Assembly: GCA_963664395.2 (NCBI GenBank)
Contig: OY761159.2
Coordinates: forward strand, 1,568,001 to 1,632,000
Length of the DNA stretch: 64,000 nucleotides
Direction of reading: 5' to 3'
Source: Candidatus Binatia bacterium
Lineage (GTDB): Bacteria; Desulfobacterota; Binatia; Bin18
Of this stretch, positions 1-9,828 are shown piece by piece. How positions within the stretch are numbered: the stretch's first letter is position 1; the number at the start of each line of letters is the position of its first letter. The translations under genes were made by a program, and so were the position numbers. The notes below the pieces were generated by a model that had not been told where the DNA came from, did no database searches, and saw only the letters and a program-made list of their open reading frames with translations.

Positions 1-1
1 G

Positions 2-697
2 GAACTCATCGAAGTCTGGACCGACTTTCGCGACGACCCGGACGTCTGGGTCGCTATCCTCACCGGGAGTGGCGAGCGGGCCTTTTGCGCCGGGGCCGAC
101 CTCAAGACCTATACGCCGAGTATTGGCAGCGGCAATCCGTACTCGGTCAGACAGGTTGCCAACGGCCTGGGATTTGGGGGCATCACCCGTGGCCTCGAAA
201 TCTGGAAGCCGATTATTGGGGCTGTCAATGGCTACGCCTTAGCCGGAGGATTAGAACTGGCGCTGGCGTGTGATATTCGCGTGGCGTCGGACAACGCCCA
301 GTTCGGCTGCTCTGAGGTCAAGCGGGGGTTTCATCATTGTGATGGTGGAACGGTCCGTTTGCCGCTGATCGTCGGCTTGGCCAATGCCCTCAAGATGCAG
401 CTCACCGGGGAGCCGATTGATGCCCAGGAAGCCCTGCGGATCGGTCTGGTGAGTGAGGTCGTGCCCACCGCGGAACTCATCCCAACCGCCGAGCGCTATG
501 CCCGGACCATTCTGCGCAACAGCCCGCTGGGCGTGCGGTCGGCCAAAGAATCCATGCTGCGCAGCCTCGGCCGCGTGCTTGAAGACGCCCTGCGGTTTGA
601 GAACATCTTATTCTCGACGCTGACGCAGACCCAGGATTATACCGAAGGCCCACGCGCGTTTGCGGAAAAGCGCCCGCCCGAGTGGAAAGGACAGTAG
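2..697 (+). CDS. Enoyl-CoA hydratase/isomerase (crotonase family), 5'-truncated by window edge
   Basis: Frame open from base 2: ...VAILTGSGERAFCAGADLK...GAVNGYALAGGLELALACDIR...EGPRAFAEKRPPEWKG, all crotonase motifs; the ORF track start at 281 is internal. Confidence 0.93.
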   Translation, partial: ELIEVWTDFRDDPDVWVAILTGSGERAFCAGADLKTYTPSIGSGNPYSVRQVANGLGFGGITRGLEIWKPIIGAVNGYALAGGLELALACDIRVASDNAQFGCSEVKRGFHHCDGGTVRLPLIVGLANALKMQLTGEPIDAQEALRIGLVSEVVPTAELIPTAERYARTILRNSPLGVRSAKESMLRSLGRVLEDALRFENILFSTLTQTQDYTEGPRAFAEKRPPEWKGQ

Positions 698-927
698 GGG
701 CGAGGGCGGTCGGCCCTACTGTCGCCTCGCGCCGGTAACGGTACGATATTGGTATACGGGAACAACTCCGTCTTCCGTCCCAGCCGGCGGTGGTTCCCCT
801 ATTCAAAGCCCATCGTGTTTTTTTCTCTATCTCTCATAGTTGCCGACGGTAGAGACTATCCGCAGCCTCATTGTGTCAAGTGCCCTGTTCCCAGGGTAGT
901 GTCTCCCTTCCGCGCTTCCAAGCCGCT

Positions 928-1099
928 CCGCAGGACGCCCGCCCGCCCCCACTGCTGGAAGCGGCGCTGGCACGTCTGGTAGGGAGGAAGCCGCTCCGGT
1001 CAGTCCTGCCCCCGCGCCCCAGAGCGGAGAATCCACAAAATCCCACTGTGTCGTAATTTCCTCCCATTTTGGAGGCGACAGGAGCGGCCGGACTGTGTA
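928..1099. repeat. Conserved 172-bp non-coding leader, copy 1
   Basis: Aligns without gaps to 5513-5684 (ccgcaggacgcccgcccgcccccactgctggaagcggc...gagaatccacaaaatcccac...cctcccattttggaggcg). Confidence 0.9.
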
Positions 1100-1288
1100 A
1101 GGATTCACAGCGAAGCACTACCCTGCCCATACCCCTCCACTCCTGCTCGGGAGGCGCGTCTCGGGCGGCGGGCTGACTTCTCCAGGGCTATGGTCTATTT
1201 TTCGGCGCTTTGTCGGCGGCGAGTGATGCCGCATTAACAGTCCGGTCCGGCGAGACCGGGGTGCCGAGGGGCACGTAAGGGAGAGACG

Positions 1289-4200
1289 ATGGTACACGAT
1301 CAGCGAATCCAGCGTGGGGCGGCCCCTTTTTCAAGGTGCAAGGCTGAAGGGGGCCGGGGCGGCTGGTCCGTTGGCGGGCTGGGGGTGGTGCTGTTCCTGC
1401 TGGCGGCCTTCGTGGTTCCCTCTAGCGGAGTAGAGGGGGAGCCGCGGGGGGTGGTCGAGAATCCGGGGGCCAACTCGTATCAGAGTGGCCTCGGCCTCAT
1501 TTCGGGCTGGGTGTGTGAGGCCGACTTAGTGGAGATTGAGATTGGGGACTTTCTGCCGCAAGCGGCTGCGTATGGCACCGAGCGAATGGACACGGCCGGG
1601 GTGTGTGGGGACGCGGACAACGGCTTTGGCTTACTCTTCAACTGGAACCTGCTGGGGGCCGGCGAGCATACGGTACGGGTGCTGGCCGATGGGGAAGAGG
1701 TTGGGCAAGCGACCTTCACGGTGACGACGCTGGACGCGGAGTTTCTGAGCGGGGCTGAGGGGGAATGTGTGGCCGAGGACTTCCCGGCGATGGGCCGGAC
1801 CGTGACCTTGGAATGGCAACAGACCAGTCAGAATTTTGTGATCGCGGGCGGGAGTGCCCCGGCAAGGGCTCACACCGGCACCCGGCCGAGTGGTCTGACG
1901 GGGTATCTGGAGAATCCGGGGGCCAATTCGTATCAGAGTGGCATCGGAGTGATTTCGGGCTGGGTGTGTGACGCCGACACAGTCGAGATTGAAATTGGGA
2001 CCACCGGGCGGCAGGCGGCCGCGTATGGGACCGAGCGGCTCGATACGGAGTCGATGTGTGGCGATATGGACAATGGCTTTGGGTTGTTGTTCAACTGGAA
2101 TCTGTTGGGCGAGGGCGAGCATGAGGTGGTGGCATGGGTGGATGGCCTTGAGTTGGGGCGGGCCACGGTGCGGGTGACGACGCTGGGGGCGGAGTTTCTG
2201 CGGGATGTGGAGGGGGCATGTATGGTCGAGGACTTCCCGGATATGGGACAGACCGTGACCTTGGAATGGCAACAGAATAGTCAGAACTTCGTGATTGCCG
2301 GGTATGAGGCGGTGGACGAGGGCGGCACGCCGTCCGAGGAGCCGCGCGGGTCGGCAACGGGAGGCGGGTCGGCAACGGGAGGCGGGTCGGCAACGGGAGG
2401 CGGGTCATCGGCGTCGGAGGGCAGGTCGTCAACGGGGGACAGTTCTTCGTCGTCCGGGGGGTCAGGTCAGTCGTCTGAGGAGAATACGCCGACTCCGTCA
2501 AGCGGGTCATCGTCCGGGAGTGAGACCACCACGACCGATGAGGAGGACGGGTCATCTGAGGAGGACGGGTCATCTGAGGAGGACGGGTCGGCGTCCGGGA
2601 AAGGGAGTGAGACCACCACGACCGATGATTCGTCGGTCGCTATCGAATCTCAGGGGGTATTGCTGCCCGTCACACCGACCTACGGCACGGTCGCCCCGGC
2701 GGGAGATGAGAGCTGGTGGGCGGTGGATTTAGGGGCGGATGGAGAATATCTGTTTGAGGTAAAGCCGGGGGGCGCGGACCCCTTGGCCGACCCGCACCTG
2801 GTCGGGCTCTATAACGAGGAGAGGCAGCTAATGGAGGGCACGGGGGCCGCCCCTGCGGGGGCGCGCACTCAAGCCATACTCACGGTCAAGGAGTGGGGGC
2901 GGTACTATATTGCGGTGGGTAGTCGGAGCGGGGAGCAGACTGGCAGCTATGAACTCGCGATGTATGTCATCACGCCGCCGTCGCGAGTCTCGTCGCCCGA
3001 TGATTTTCCGAGGGACACGAGCACCACGGGACGCCTGGTGGTCGGGCAGGAGGTGACAGGGGAGCTTAGCACCTCACCCATCGTGGACGATGACTGGTTT
3101 GGGGTGGATCTGGAGCGGGGCTACGAGTACACGTTCGAGGTGCGGGGTGGGGACACGATGCCGGCCGAGTTTGCGACGGTGAGACGGCTGTCAGACGAGC
3201 AGGGGCGATTCATCGGGATTACGAATACGAACTTTAATCGCCCCCGGCTGGTTTTCACAGCCCGGCGGACGGGGCGCTATTATGTTGAGGTCACCTCGAT
3301 CGCCACCTCGATAACAGCGGCTCTGCGGGACACCGGCGGCAGCTACGTGTTGACGGTGACGGCCAAGGCGGTGACGTTGTCCTCAGTGCCGGAGCCGGAC
3401 GATGACTATGGGGAGGCGACGGATGCCACGACAGCACAACTCTTGGTAGGGGGGACGGTGACGGGGATAGTCAACTATATGAACGACCTGACCTATGGGT
3501 ACGATCGGGATGTGTTTGCCCTGGAGTTGGTGGCGGGTCAGACCTATCGGATGGATATACAGCGAACCAGCGGCACCTACTGGAGACCCGACCTGGAGGG
3601 GATTCATGATGCCTCCGGCACGCTGATTCCCGACACGGCGGAGGCGGACTATCTTGTGTCAGGCGCCTGGCGCCTGTGGTTCAAGGCGACCACGACCGGC
3701 ACACATTATATCGCGGTGAGCGGCACCGCCAGCTCACATTCCGGGGGACAAGTGCACGGTTATCGGCTGTCGGTTGTGGCCATGGAGCTATCCGACGACT
3801 ACGCCGCCGACACCACGACGACGGGGCGGGTTGCGGTGGGCGGTTCGGTGACAGGCAGCTTTGAGCGAGCACGGGATGAGGACTGGTTTGCGGTGGAGCT
3901 GGAGGCCGGCACGGACTATCAGATCAATCTGAAGAAAGACCCCTATGATACCGACCCCCGCTTAGTCGGGGTCTACGATGCACAGGGTACCCGGCTGCCC
4001 CACGTCACGAGAGATGAAGGGGTCCCATACGGGAACCAGTATGGGAGGTATGGGCGCCTGTATGTGACGCCGGCCGAGGCGGAGACGTATTACATTGCCG
4101 TCCGCAGTCACTATGACGAATACGAGTACGAAGTGGAGGTGGTTGAATATACCGGGGAGTTGGCGGACCTCCCGACGGATACGAGCACGCCGAAGCGGGT

Positions 4201-5281
4201 TGAGGTCGGGACTGAAAGCTCGGTGACGGGCAGTATTGACCCCATTTTCTTATACGATAAATCAAGCAGCGACGCGGATTGGTGGGCGGTGGAGTTCGTG
4301 GCGGGTCAGACCTATCGGATTGAGGTGAAGACGGGGGGGTGGAGCGGGTATTGGGGTTGGCGTTCGTGGGCTGCCTTCCTGCCGGGGGTTTACAATGCGC
4401 AGGGCACCCGGATTGCCGACACGGCGGGGCCGGATTACCGCCTCAGTCATTTCCACCGCCGTCGGTGGTTCACCGCGACCACGACCGGCCCGCATTATAT
4501 CGCGGTGAGGGGCTGGCTCGATGTCCTACATCCCGGGGCCGGCCCAAGCCCGGCTCATTATAGGCTATCGGTCGTGGCGGATACGCTGCCCGCCGACGAC
4601 TATCCGGCCGACACCACGACCACGGGGCAGGTGACGGTGGGGGGGACGGTGAAGGGCCAAACTGAGCATCCGGGGGATGTGGACTGGTTTGCGGTGAAGT
4701 TGGAGGCCGCTGTCATCTACCGGATTGAGCTGAAGCGCCAGCCGGATCCTCTGGACCCTGTCCTGACAGGGGTTTACACAGACGAGGGGACCCTGCTGCC
4801 CGGCACCACGGATGACGATGGGGGCCGCAACGGGACGCGGGTGTATGTGACGCCGTCCGTATCGGGGAAGTATTACATTGGCGCTCGCGGGGATGGGGGA
4901 GATGGGGAATATGAGCTGGGGGTGTATATCGCTGACAAGGCGGACGACTTTGCCCCTGACACCACCACGACGGGGAGAGTCACGGTGGGGGGCTCGGTCA
5001 CGGGCGAGATTGAAGCGGCCGACGACCTGGATTTGTTTGCGGTGGAGCTCACTGCCGGAACGACTTACCGGATAGAGATGGAGGGTAGCGCCACGAGCCA
5101 GGGTACACTGACGAGTCCACTGCTAGGTAGTATCTTTAACAGTAGGGGCAAGGTGATCGGCGGCGTGGGCAGAACCGCCGGGGACTGGACGGCTTCGTAT
5201 ACCGGGACCCATTACATCATGGTTGAGGCCGCTTATCAGAGGACCGGGACCTACCGACTGTCGGTGACGGAGCAGGAGTAG
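1289..5281 (+). CDS. Large exported/surface protein: signal-like hydrophobic segment, 2x Cys-containing beta domain, Ser/Gly/Glu linker, 7 PPC-like repeats
   Basis: LGVVLFLLAAFVV segment; ENPGxxSYQSGxGxISGWVC twice; repeats DDYxxDTTTTGxVxVGGxVTG...DxDWFAVxLxAGxxY typical of pre-peptidase C-terminal-like domains; GGGAGAG RBS. Confidence 0.85.
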   Translation: MVHDQRIQRGAAPFSRCKAEGGRGGWSVGGLGVVLFLLAAFVVPSSGVEGEPRGVVENPGANSYQSGLGLISGWVCEADLVEIEIGDFLPQAAAYGTERMDTAGVCGDADNGFGLLFNWNLLGAGEHTVRVLADGEEVGQATFTVTTLDAEFLSGAEGECVAEDFPAMGRTVTLEWQQTSQNFVIAGGSAPARAHTGTRPSGLTGYLENPGANSYQSGIGVISGWVCDADTVEIEIGTTGRQAAAYGTERLDTESMCGDMDNGFGLLFNWNLLGEGEHEVVAWVDGLELGRATVRVTTLGAEFLRDVEGACMVEDFPDMGQTVTLEWQQNSQNFVIAGYEAVDEGGTPSEEPRGSATGGGSATGGGSATGGGSSASEGRSSTGDSSSSSGGSGQSSEENTPTPSSGSSSGSETTTTDEEDGSSEEDGSSEEDGSASGKGSETTTTDDSSVAIESQGVLLPVTPTYGTVAPAGDESWWAVDLGADGEYLFEVKPGGADPLADPHLVGLYNEERQLMEGTGAAPAGARTQAILTVKEWGRYYIAVGSRSGEQTGSYELAMYVITPPSRVSSPDDFPRDTSTTGRLVVGQEVTGELSTSPIVDDDWFGVDLERGYEYTFEVRGGDTMPAEFATVRRLSDEQGRFIGITNTNFNRPRLVFTARRTGRYYVEVTSIATSITAALRDTGGSYVLTVTAKAVTLSSVPEPDDDYGEATDATTAQLLVGGTVTGIVNYMNDLTYGYDRDVFALELVAGQTYRMDIQRTSGTYWRPDLEGIHDASGTLIPDTAEADYLVSGAWRLWFKATTTGTHYIAVSGTASSHSGGQVHGYRLSVVAMELSDDYAADTTTTGRVAVGGSVTGSFERARDEDWFAVELEAGTDYQINLKKDPYDTDPRLVGVYDAQGTRLPHVTRDEGVPYGNQYGRYGRLYVTPAEAETYYIAVRSHYDEYEYEVEVVEYTGELADLPTDTSTPKRVEVGTESSVTGSIDPIFLYDKSSSDADWWAVEFVAGQTYRIEVKTGGWSGYWGWRSWAAFLPGVYNAQGTRIADTAGPDYRLSHFHRRRWFTATTTGPHYIAVRGWLDVLHPGAGPSPAHYRLSVVADTLPADDYPADTTTTGQVTVGGTVKGQTEHPGDVDWFAVKLEAAVIYRIELKRQPDPLDPVLTGVYTDEGTLLPGTTDDDGGRNGTRVYVTPSVSGKYYIGARGDGGDGEYELGVYIADKADDFAPDTTTTGRVTVGGSVTGEIEAADDLDLFAVELTAGTTYRIEMEGSATSQGTLTSPLLGSIFNSRGKVIGGVGRTAGDWTASYTGTHYIMVEAAYQRTGTYRLSVTEQE
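2348..2589. repeat. 18-bp coding VNTRs (GSATGG x3; EEDGS(S) x3) in linker
   Basis: gggtcggcaacgggaggc and gaggaggacgggtcatct tandem units. Confidence 0.9.
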
Positions 5282-5512
5282 GGCGGGGAAGGGGGACCGG
5301 CGCCCCCATACAGAAGCGGAGACAGGCACGGGGCGGGAGGATTGTCACAGTGAAGGACCCCGAGCCGTGGTCTCATAAAGAGCAGCGGCGCAAGAGAAGG
5401 CTACAGCCCCGTCCGTTTTTTTCGCCCCGATGAAGGGGGCATCGCTGAAACACTCGCTGAGGTCCACCTCGCCCCGCGTCCGTACCTCCTCGGCCAGCGC
5501 CTCCAAGACGCC

Positions 5513-5684
5513 CCGCAGGACGCCCGCCCGCCCCCACTGCTGGAAGCGGCAAGGGCAGGTCTGGTAGGGGGGAAACCGCTCCGGTCAGTCCTGCCCCCGC
5601 GCCCCAGAGCGGAGAATCCACAAAATCCCACCGTGTGGTGATTTCCTCCCATTTTGGAGGCGCCAGGAGCGACCGGATTGTGTA
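5513..5684. repeat. Conserved 172-bp non-coding leader, copy 2
   Basis: Near-identical to 928-1099. Confidence 0.9.
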
Positions 5685-5768
5685 GTGTTTTGCTGGCGGC
5701 GGGTGATGCCGCATCAACAGTCTGGTCCGGCGAGACCGGGGTGCCGAGGGGCACGTAAGGGAGAGATG

Positions 5769-8700
5769 ATGGTACACGATCAGCGAATCCAGCGCAGGGC
5801 GGCTTCTTTTTCAAGGTGCAAGGCTGAAGGGGGCCGAGGCGGCTGGTCCGTTGGCGGGCTGGGGGCGGTGCTGTTCCTGCTGGCGGCCTTCGTGGTGCCC
5901 TCTAGCGGCGTAGACGGGGAGCCGCGGGGGATGGTCGAGAATCCGGGGCCCAACTCGTATCAGAGTGGGATTGGGGTGATCTCGGGCTGGGTGTGTGCGG
6001 CGGAGGCGGTGGAGATTGAGATTGGGGACTTTCTGCCGCAAGCGGCTGCGTATGGCACCGAGCGAATGGACACGGCCGGGGTGTGTGGGGACGCGGACAA
6101 CGGCTTTGGCTTACTCTTCAACTGGAACCTGCTGGGGGCCGGCGAGCATACGGTACGGGTGCTGGCCGATGGGGAAGAGGTCGGGCAGGCGACCTTCACG
6201 GTGACCACGCTGGGAGAGGAGTTTGTCCGGGGGGCGGAGGGGCGGGTCAGGGTTGAGGACTTTCCGAGTACGGGGGAAGCCGTGCAATTAGTGTGGCAAG
6301 AAAGTTTACAGAACTTCGTGCTCGCCACGGGGGCCGCGCCCGCCGGGGTGAACCGCGCCGGGGTAGCGGGCGTAGGGTATCTGGAGAATCCGGGGGCCAA
6401 TTCGTATCAGAGTGGGATTGGGGTGATCTCGGGCTGGGTGTGTGCGGCCGACTTAGTGGAGATTGAGCTCAATGGTGCCCGCCAGCCGGCGGCGTATGGG
6501 ACAGAGCGGGCGGACACCGAGAGTGTGTGTGGGGATACGGCTAACGGGTATGGCGTCTTGGTGAACTGGAACGAGTTCGGGGACGGGGCGCACACGGTAC
6601 GGGTGCTGGCCGATGGGGAAGAGGTTGGGCAGGCGACCTTCACGGTGACCACGCTGGGAGAGGAGTTTGTCCGGGGGGCGGAGGGGCGGGTCAGGGTTGA
6701 GGACTTTCCGAGTACGGGGGAGCAGGTCCGGCTGAGATGGCAAGAAAGTTTACAGAACTTCGTGATTGCCGGGTATGAGGCGGTGGACGAGGGCGGCACG
6801 CCGTCCGAGGAGCCGCGCGGGTCGGCAACGGGAGGCGGGTCGGCAACGGGAGGCGGGTCATCGGCGTCGGGGGGCGGGTCATCGGCGTCGGAGGGCAGGT
6901 CGTCAACGGGGGACAGTTCTTCGTCGTCCGGGGGGTCAGGTCAGTCGTCTGAGGAGAATACGCCGACTCCGTCAAGCGGGTCATCGTCCGGGAGTGAGAC
7001 CACCACGACCGATGAGGAGGACGGGTCATCTGAGGAGGACGGGTCATCTGAGGAGGACGGGTCATCTGAGGAGGACGGGTCATCGTCTGAGGAGAATACC
7101 CCGACTACACGTTCGAGGGCAGAGCAGCAGAGTGCATTGCAGAGTGTCTCCGAGCCGGCGGACGCCGACCTGCCGGCCGATACCAGTACTTCCGGGCGGG
7201 TAGTGGTGGGCGAGACTGCCACCGGCACCATCGCCGTGGTGGGCGACCGGGACTGGTTTGCGGTCACGCTCGAAGCCAGGACCGTCTACCGAATCGACCT
7301 GGAGGGCGTGGCCACGAGCCAGGGGACCCTGTCCGCACCCTGGCTGTCCGGGGTCCACGATGCGCAGGGTATTCTGCTGGACGACACCTCGGACTATTAC
7401 TTTACCGAGTCGCCTAACAGCCGGGTATTCTTCACGCCCCAGACTAGCGGCAAGTACCACGTCGCTGCGGGGGGAGACATTGGCTATAGGAATGTGGGCA
7501 CCTATCGGCTGGCGGTGAGTGAATTTCCAGACGACTATGCGGCCGATAGGACCACGACCGGGACGGTCAGTGTGGCCGGGAGCACCACCGGCAGGGTTGA
7601 TTTTCCGAATGACCGGGACTGGTTTGCGGTCACGCTCACCGCCGGGACCGTCTACCGAATCGACCTGGAGGGCGTAGCCACGAGCCAGGGGACCCTGCCC
7701 CAACCCTTGCTGGACGGGGTCCACGATGCACAGGGTATCCGGCAGGGCGGCACCGGGGGCCATTACGGTGCCGTGTCTGACGGCCAGGTATTCTTCACGC
7801 CCCAGACTAGCGGCAAGTACTACGTCGCTGCGGGGGGAGTCGTTGGCTACAGAAATGTGGGCACCTATCGGCTGGCGGTGAGTGAATTTCCAGAAGACTA
7901 TGTGGCCGATAGGACCACGACCGGGACGGTCAGTGTGGCCGGGAGCACCACCGGCAAGGTTGATTTTCCGGGCGACCGGGACTGGTTTGCGGTCACGCTC
8001 AAAGCCGGGACACCCTACTGGATTGGTACGACAGCGCAGAGAGGCTATCCTGTCCGGTACGGGGTGCATGACGCGGACGGCAACCTGATTGCCAATACCG
8101 CGGATGATAACAGTGGCAGGGACTGGGGAATCTGGGTGCTCTTTACGCCGCAGACTGACGGGCCCTATTACATCGTCACCGGGGGCAGTTATAACAGCGA
8201 CTACAGACTGACGGTGATGGACGCGACCGATGATTATGCAGCGAATACGGGTACCACCGGCACGGTGACGTTGGGGAGCGTGAAAAGAGGGGAGATCGAT
8301 CAGCCGGGTGACCGGGACTGGTTTGCGGTCACGCTACGCGCCCAGCGGACGTACCAGATCGACTTGCAGACCGACTTGCGGGTCCCTGTGAACCGTGTAA
8401 CCAATACCCGCCCCGATCCCTATCTGTACGGGCTGTATGACACGAACGGTGACCGGATTGCCAATACCGAGGATGATGCCAGGGTGATTTTTACGCCGGA
8501 GACGGCCGGGAAGTACTACATTGAGGTCGGGGAGGTCGGGACCGGGATTGGCGCCTACCGGCTCACCGTAGTCCAGCAGGACCTGCCGGCTGATATACAT
8601 ACCCCGGCCACGATTGCGGTCGGTGGGTCGACCACCGACTCGACGGATGGCCCCACCGATGTGGACTGGTTCAAGGTCACCCTGGTGGCGGACACGTACT

Positions 8701-9707
8701 ATCAGATTGATCTGAAGAGGACTGTTGGAGGAACGCTTCGTGATCCCTCTCTGCGCGGGGTGTATGACATGAACGGTACCCTGATTGCCAATACCGCGGA
8801 TGATGACAGTGGCGAGTGGTCCAATAGCGTCGTGTTCTTCAAGCCCTCGGCTGACGGAATCTACTACATTGCTGCCGGCAGCGCTCGCGGCGGCGGCTAC
8901 CGGCTGAGCGTGCGTGCCGTGCCCGCAGATGACTACACGGCCGATATCAGTACCACTGCCACGGTCAGTGTAGGCGGCTCAGCCACTGGCCAGCTCGAAG
9001 TGCCAGATGACAGGGACTGGTTCCGGGTTACCCTCACCGCCGGGACCACCTACCAGATTGACCAGGTTCACCAGGATGGTTATCGGAGGTGGAAGTTATG
9101 GGGGATTTATGACGCGACCGGCAATCTGATCCCCAATACCCAGGATAATAACGCTCACTTCAAGAGCCGGGTGTTCTTCACGCCCTCAACCACCGGTCCT
9201 CACTATATTGCCGCCGGCGCCACCGGGAAGTTCGTTGACCACACTCCCATAACCACCAACATACTAGTGGACTACAATGCCGCCCTCCACGTCGGCGGCT
9301 ACCGGCTGAGTGTGAATATCATTACGGATGACTACACGGCCGATGCGACTACCACTGCCACGGTCAGTGTAGGAGGCGCCCCAGTCATTGGCCGGATCGA
9401 AGTGCCGGGCGACGTGGACTGGTGGGCGGTGGAGCTCACTGCCGGGACAAGCTACCGAATTGACCAGAAGAAGCGTGAATATTCGCTTAATCCCTACCTG
9501 CGCGGGATTCATGACTCGTCCGGGATTCTGATCCCCAACACCACGAACGATAACGGGGGCGAGCCGGACAACATTTTTCTCCGGAGCTACAACAGCATAG
9601 TGTACTTTACGCCCTCAAACACCGATACTTACTATATTGCCGCCGGCGCCAACGGCAGTAATCCATACAAAATCGGCTCCTACTCGCTGTCGGTGAAGGT
9701 GCAGTGA
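5769..9707 (+). CDS. Paralogous large exported/surface protein with 2x N-terminal Cys domain, linker and 7 PPC-like repeats
   Basis: Start placed at ATG 5769, equivalent to 1289 (MVHDQRIQR); same architecture as the upstream paralog. Confidence 0.85.
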   Translation: MVHDQRIQRRAASFSRCKAEGGRGGWSVGGLGAVLFLLAAFVVPSSGVDGEPRGMVENPGPNSYQSGIGVISGWVCAAEAVEIEIGDFLPQAAAYGTERMDTAGVCGDADNGFGLLFNWNLLGAGEHTVRVLADGEEVGQATFTVTTLGEEFVRGAEGRVRVEDFPSTGEAVQLVWQESLQNFVLATGAAPAGVNRAGVAGVGYLENPGANSYQSGIGVISGWVCAADLVEIELNGARQPAAYGTERADTESVCGDTANGYGVLVNWNEFGDGAHTVRVLADGEEVGQATFTVTTLGEEFVRGAEGRVRVEDFPSTGEQVRLRWQESLQNFVIAGYEAVDEGGTPSEEPRGSATGGGSATGGGSSASGGGSSASEGRSSTGDSSSSSGGSGQSSEENTPTPSSGSSSGSETTTTDEEDGSSEEDGSSEEDGSSEEDGSSSEENTPTTRSRAEQQSALQSVSEPADADLPADTSTSGRVVVGETATGTIAVVGDRDWFAVTLEARTVYRIDLEGVATSQGTLSAPWLSGVHDAQGILLDDTSDYYFTESPNSRVFFTPQTSGKYHVAAGGDIGYRNVGTYRLAVSEFPDDYAADRTTTGTVSVAGSTTGRVDFPNDRDWFAVTLTAGTVYRIDLEGVATSQGTLPQPLLDGVHDAQGIRQGGTGGHYGAVSDGQVFFTPQTSGKYYVAAGGVVGYRNVGTYRLAVSEFPEDYVADRTTTGTVSVAGSTTGKVDFPGDRDWFAVTLKAGTPYWIGTTAQRGYPVRYGVHDADGNLIANTADDNSGRDWGIWVLFTPQTDGPYYIVTGGSYNSDYRLTVMDATDDYAANTGTTGTVTLGSVKRGEIDQPGDRDWFAVTLRAQRTYQIDLQTDLRVPVNRVTNTRPDPYLYGLYDTNGDRIANTEDDARVIFTPETAGKYYIEVGEVGTGIGAYRLTVVQQDLPADIHTPATIAVGGSTTDSTDGPTDVDWFKVTLVADTYYQIDLKRTVGGTLRDPSLRGVYDMNGTLIANTADDDSGEWSNSVVFFKPSADGIYYIAAGSARGGGYRLSVRAVPADDYTADISTTATVSVGGSATGQLEVPDDRDWFRVTLTAGTTYQIDQVHQDGYRRWKLWGIYDATGNLIPNTQDNNAHFKSRVFFTPSTTGPHYIAAGATGKFVDHTPITTNILVDYNAALHVGGYRLSVNIITDDYTADATTTATVSVGGAPVIGRIEVPGDVDWWAVELTAGTSYRIDQKKREYSLNPYLRGIHDSSGILIPNTTNDNGGEPDNIFLRSYNSIVYFTPSNTDTYYIAAGANGSNPYKIGSYSLSVKVQ
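7425..8000. repeat. Recent intragenic duplication (213-bp near-identical blocks, 363-bp period)
   Basis: 7425-7637 vs 7788-8000 differ at about 11 positions. Confidence 0.88.
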
Positions 9708-9828
9708 GACGGGTGTGAATGCAGCAGGGAAACGTCAGGCCACTGCGGGCCCGCTGCGCGGGCGTCCGCAGCAGGAGGGAGGGATAATGCCTACAGGCAG
9801 GTCAGTTGGAGGCACCCTATGACTTGCG

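Noticed and set aside
2348-2589. CRISPR-like array
   Set aside because: 18-bp units with no unique spacers, inside a CDS; no cas genes.
5685-5768. Extended N-terminus of the second surface protein
   Set aside because: The paralog has an in-frame TAA in the matching region and the RBS lies before 5766/5769.
7425-8000. DGR template/variable repeat pair, given near-identical repeats and an RT in the window
   Set aside because: Differences are not adenine-specific (C/T, G/A, C/A and T/C all occur), both copies are in-frame coding, and the RT has Abi/DRT rather than DGR motifs with no avd gene.
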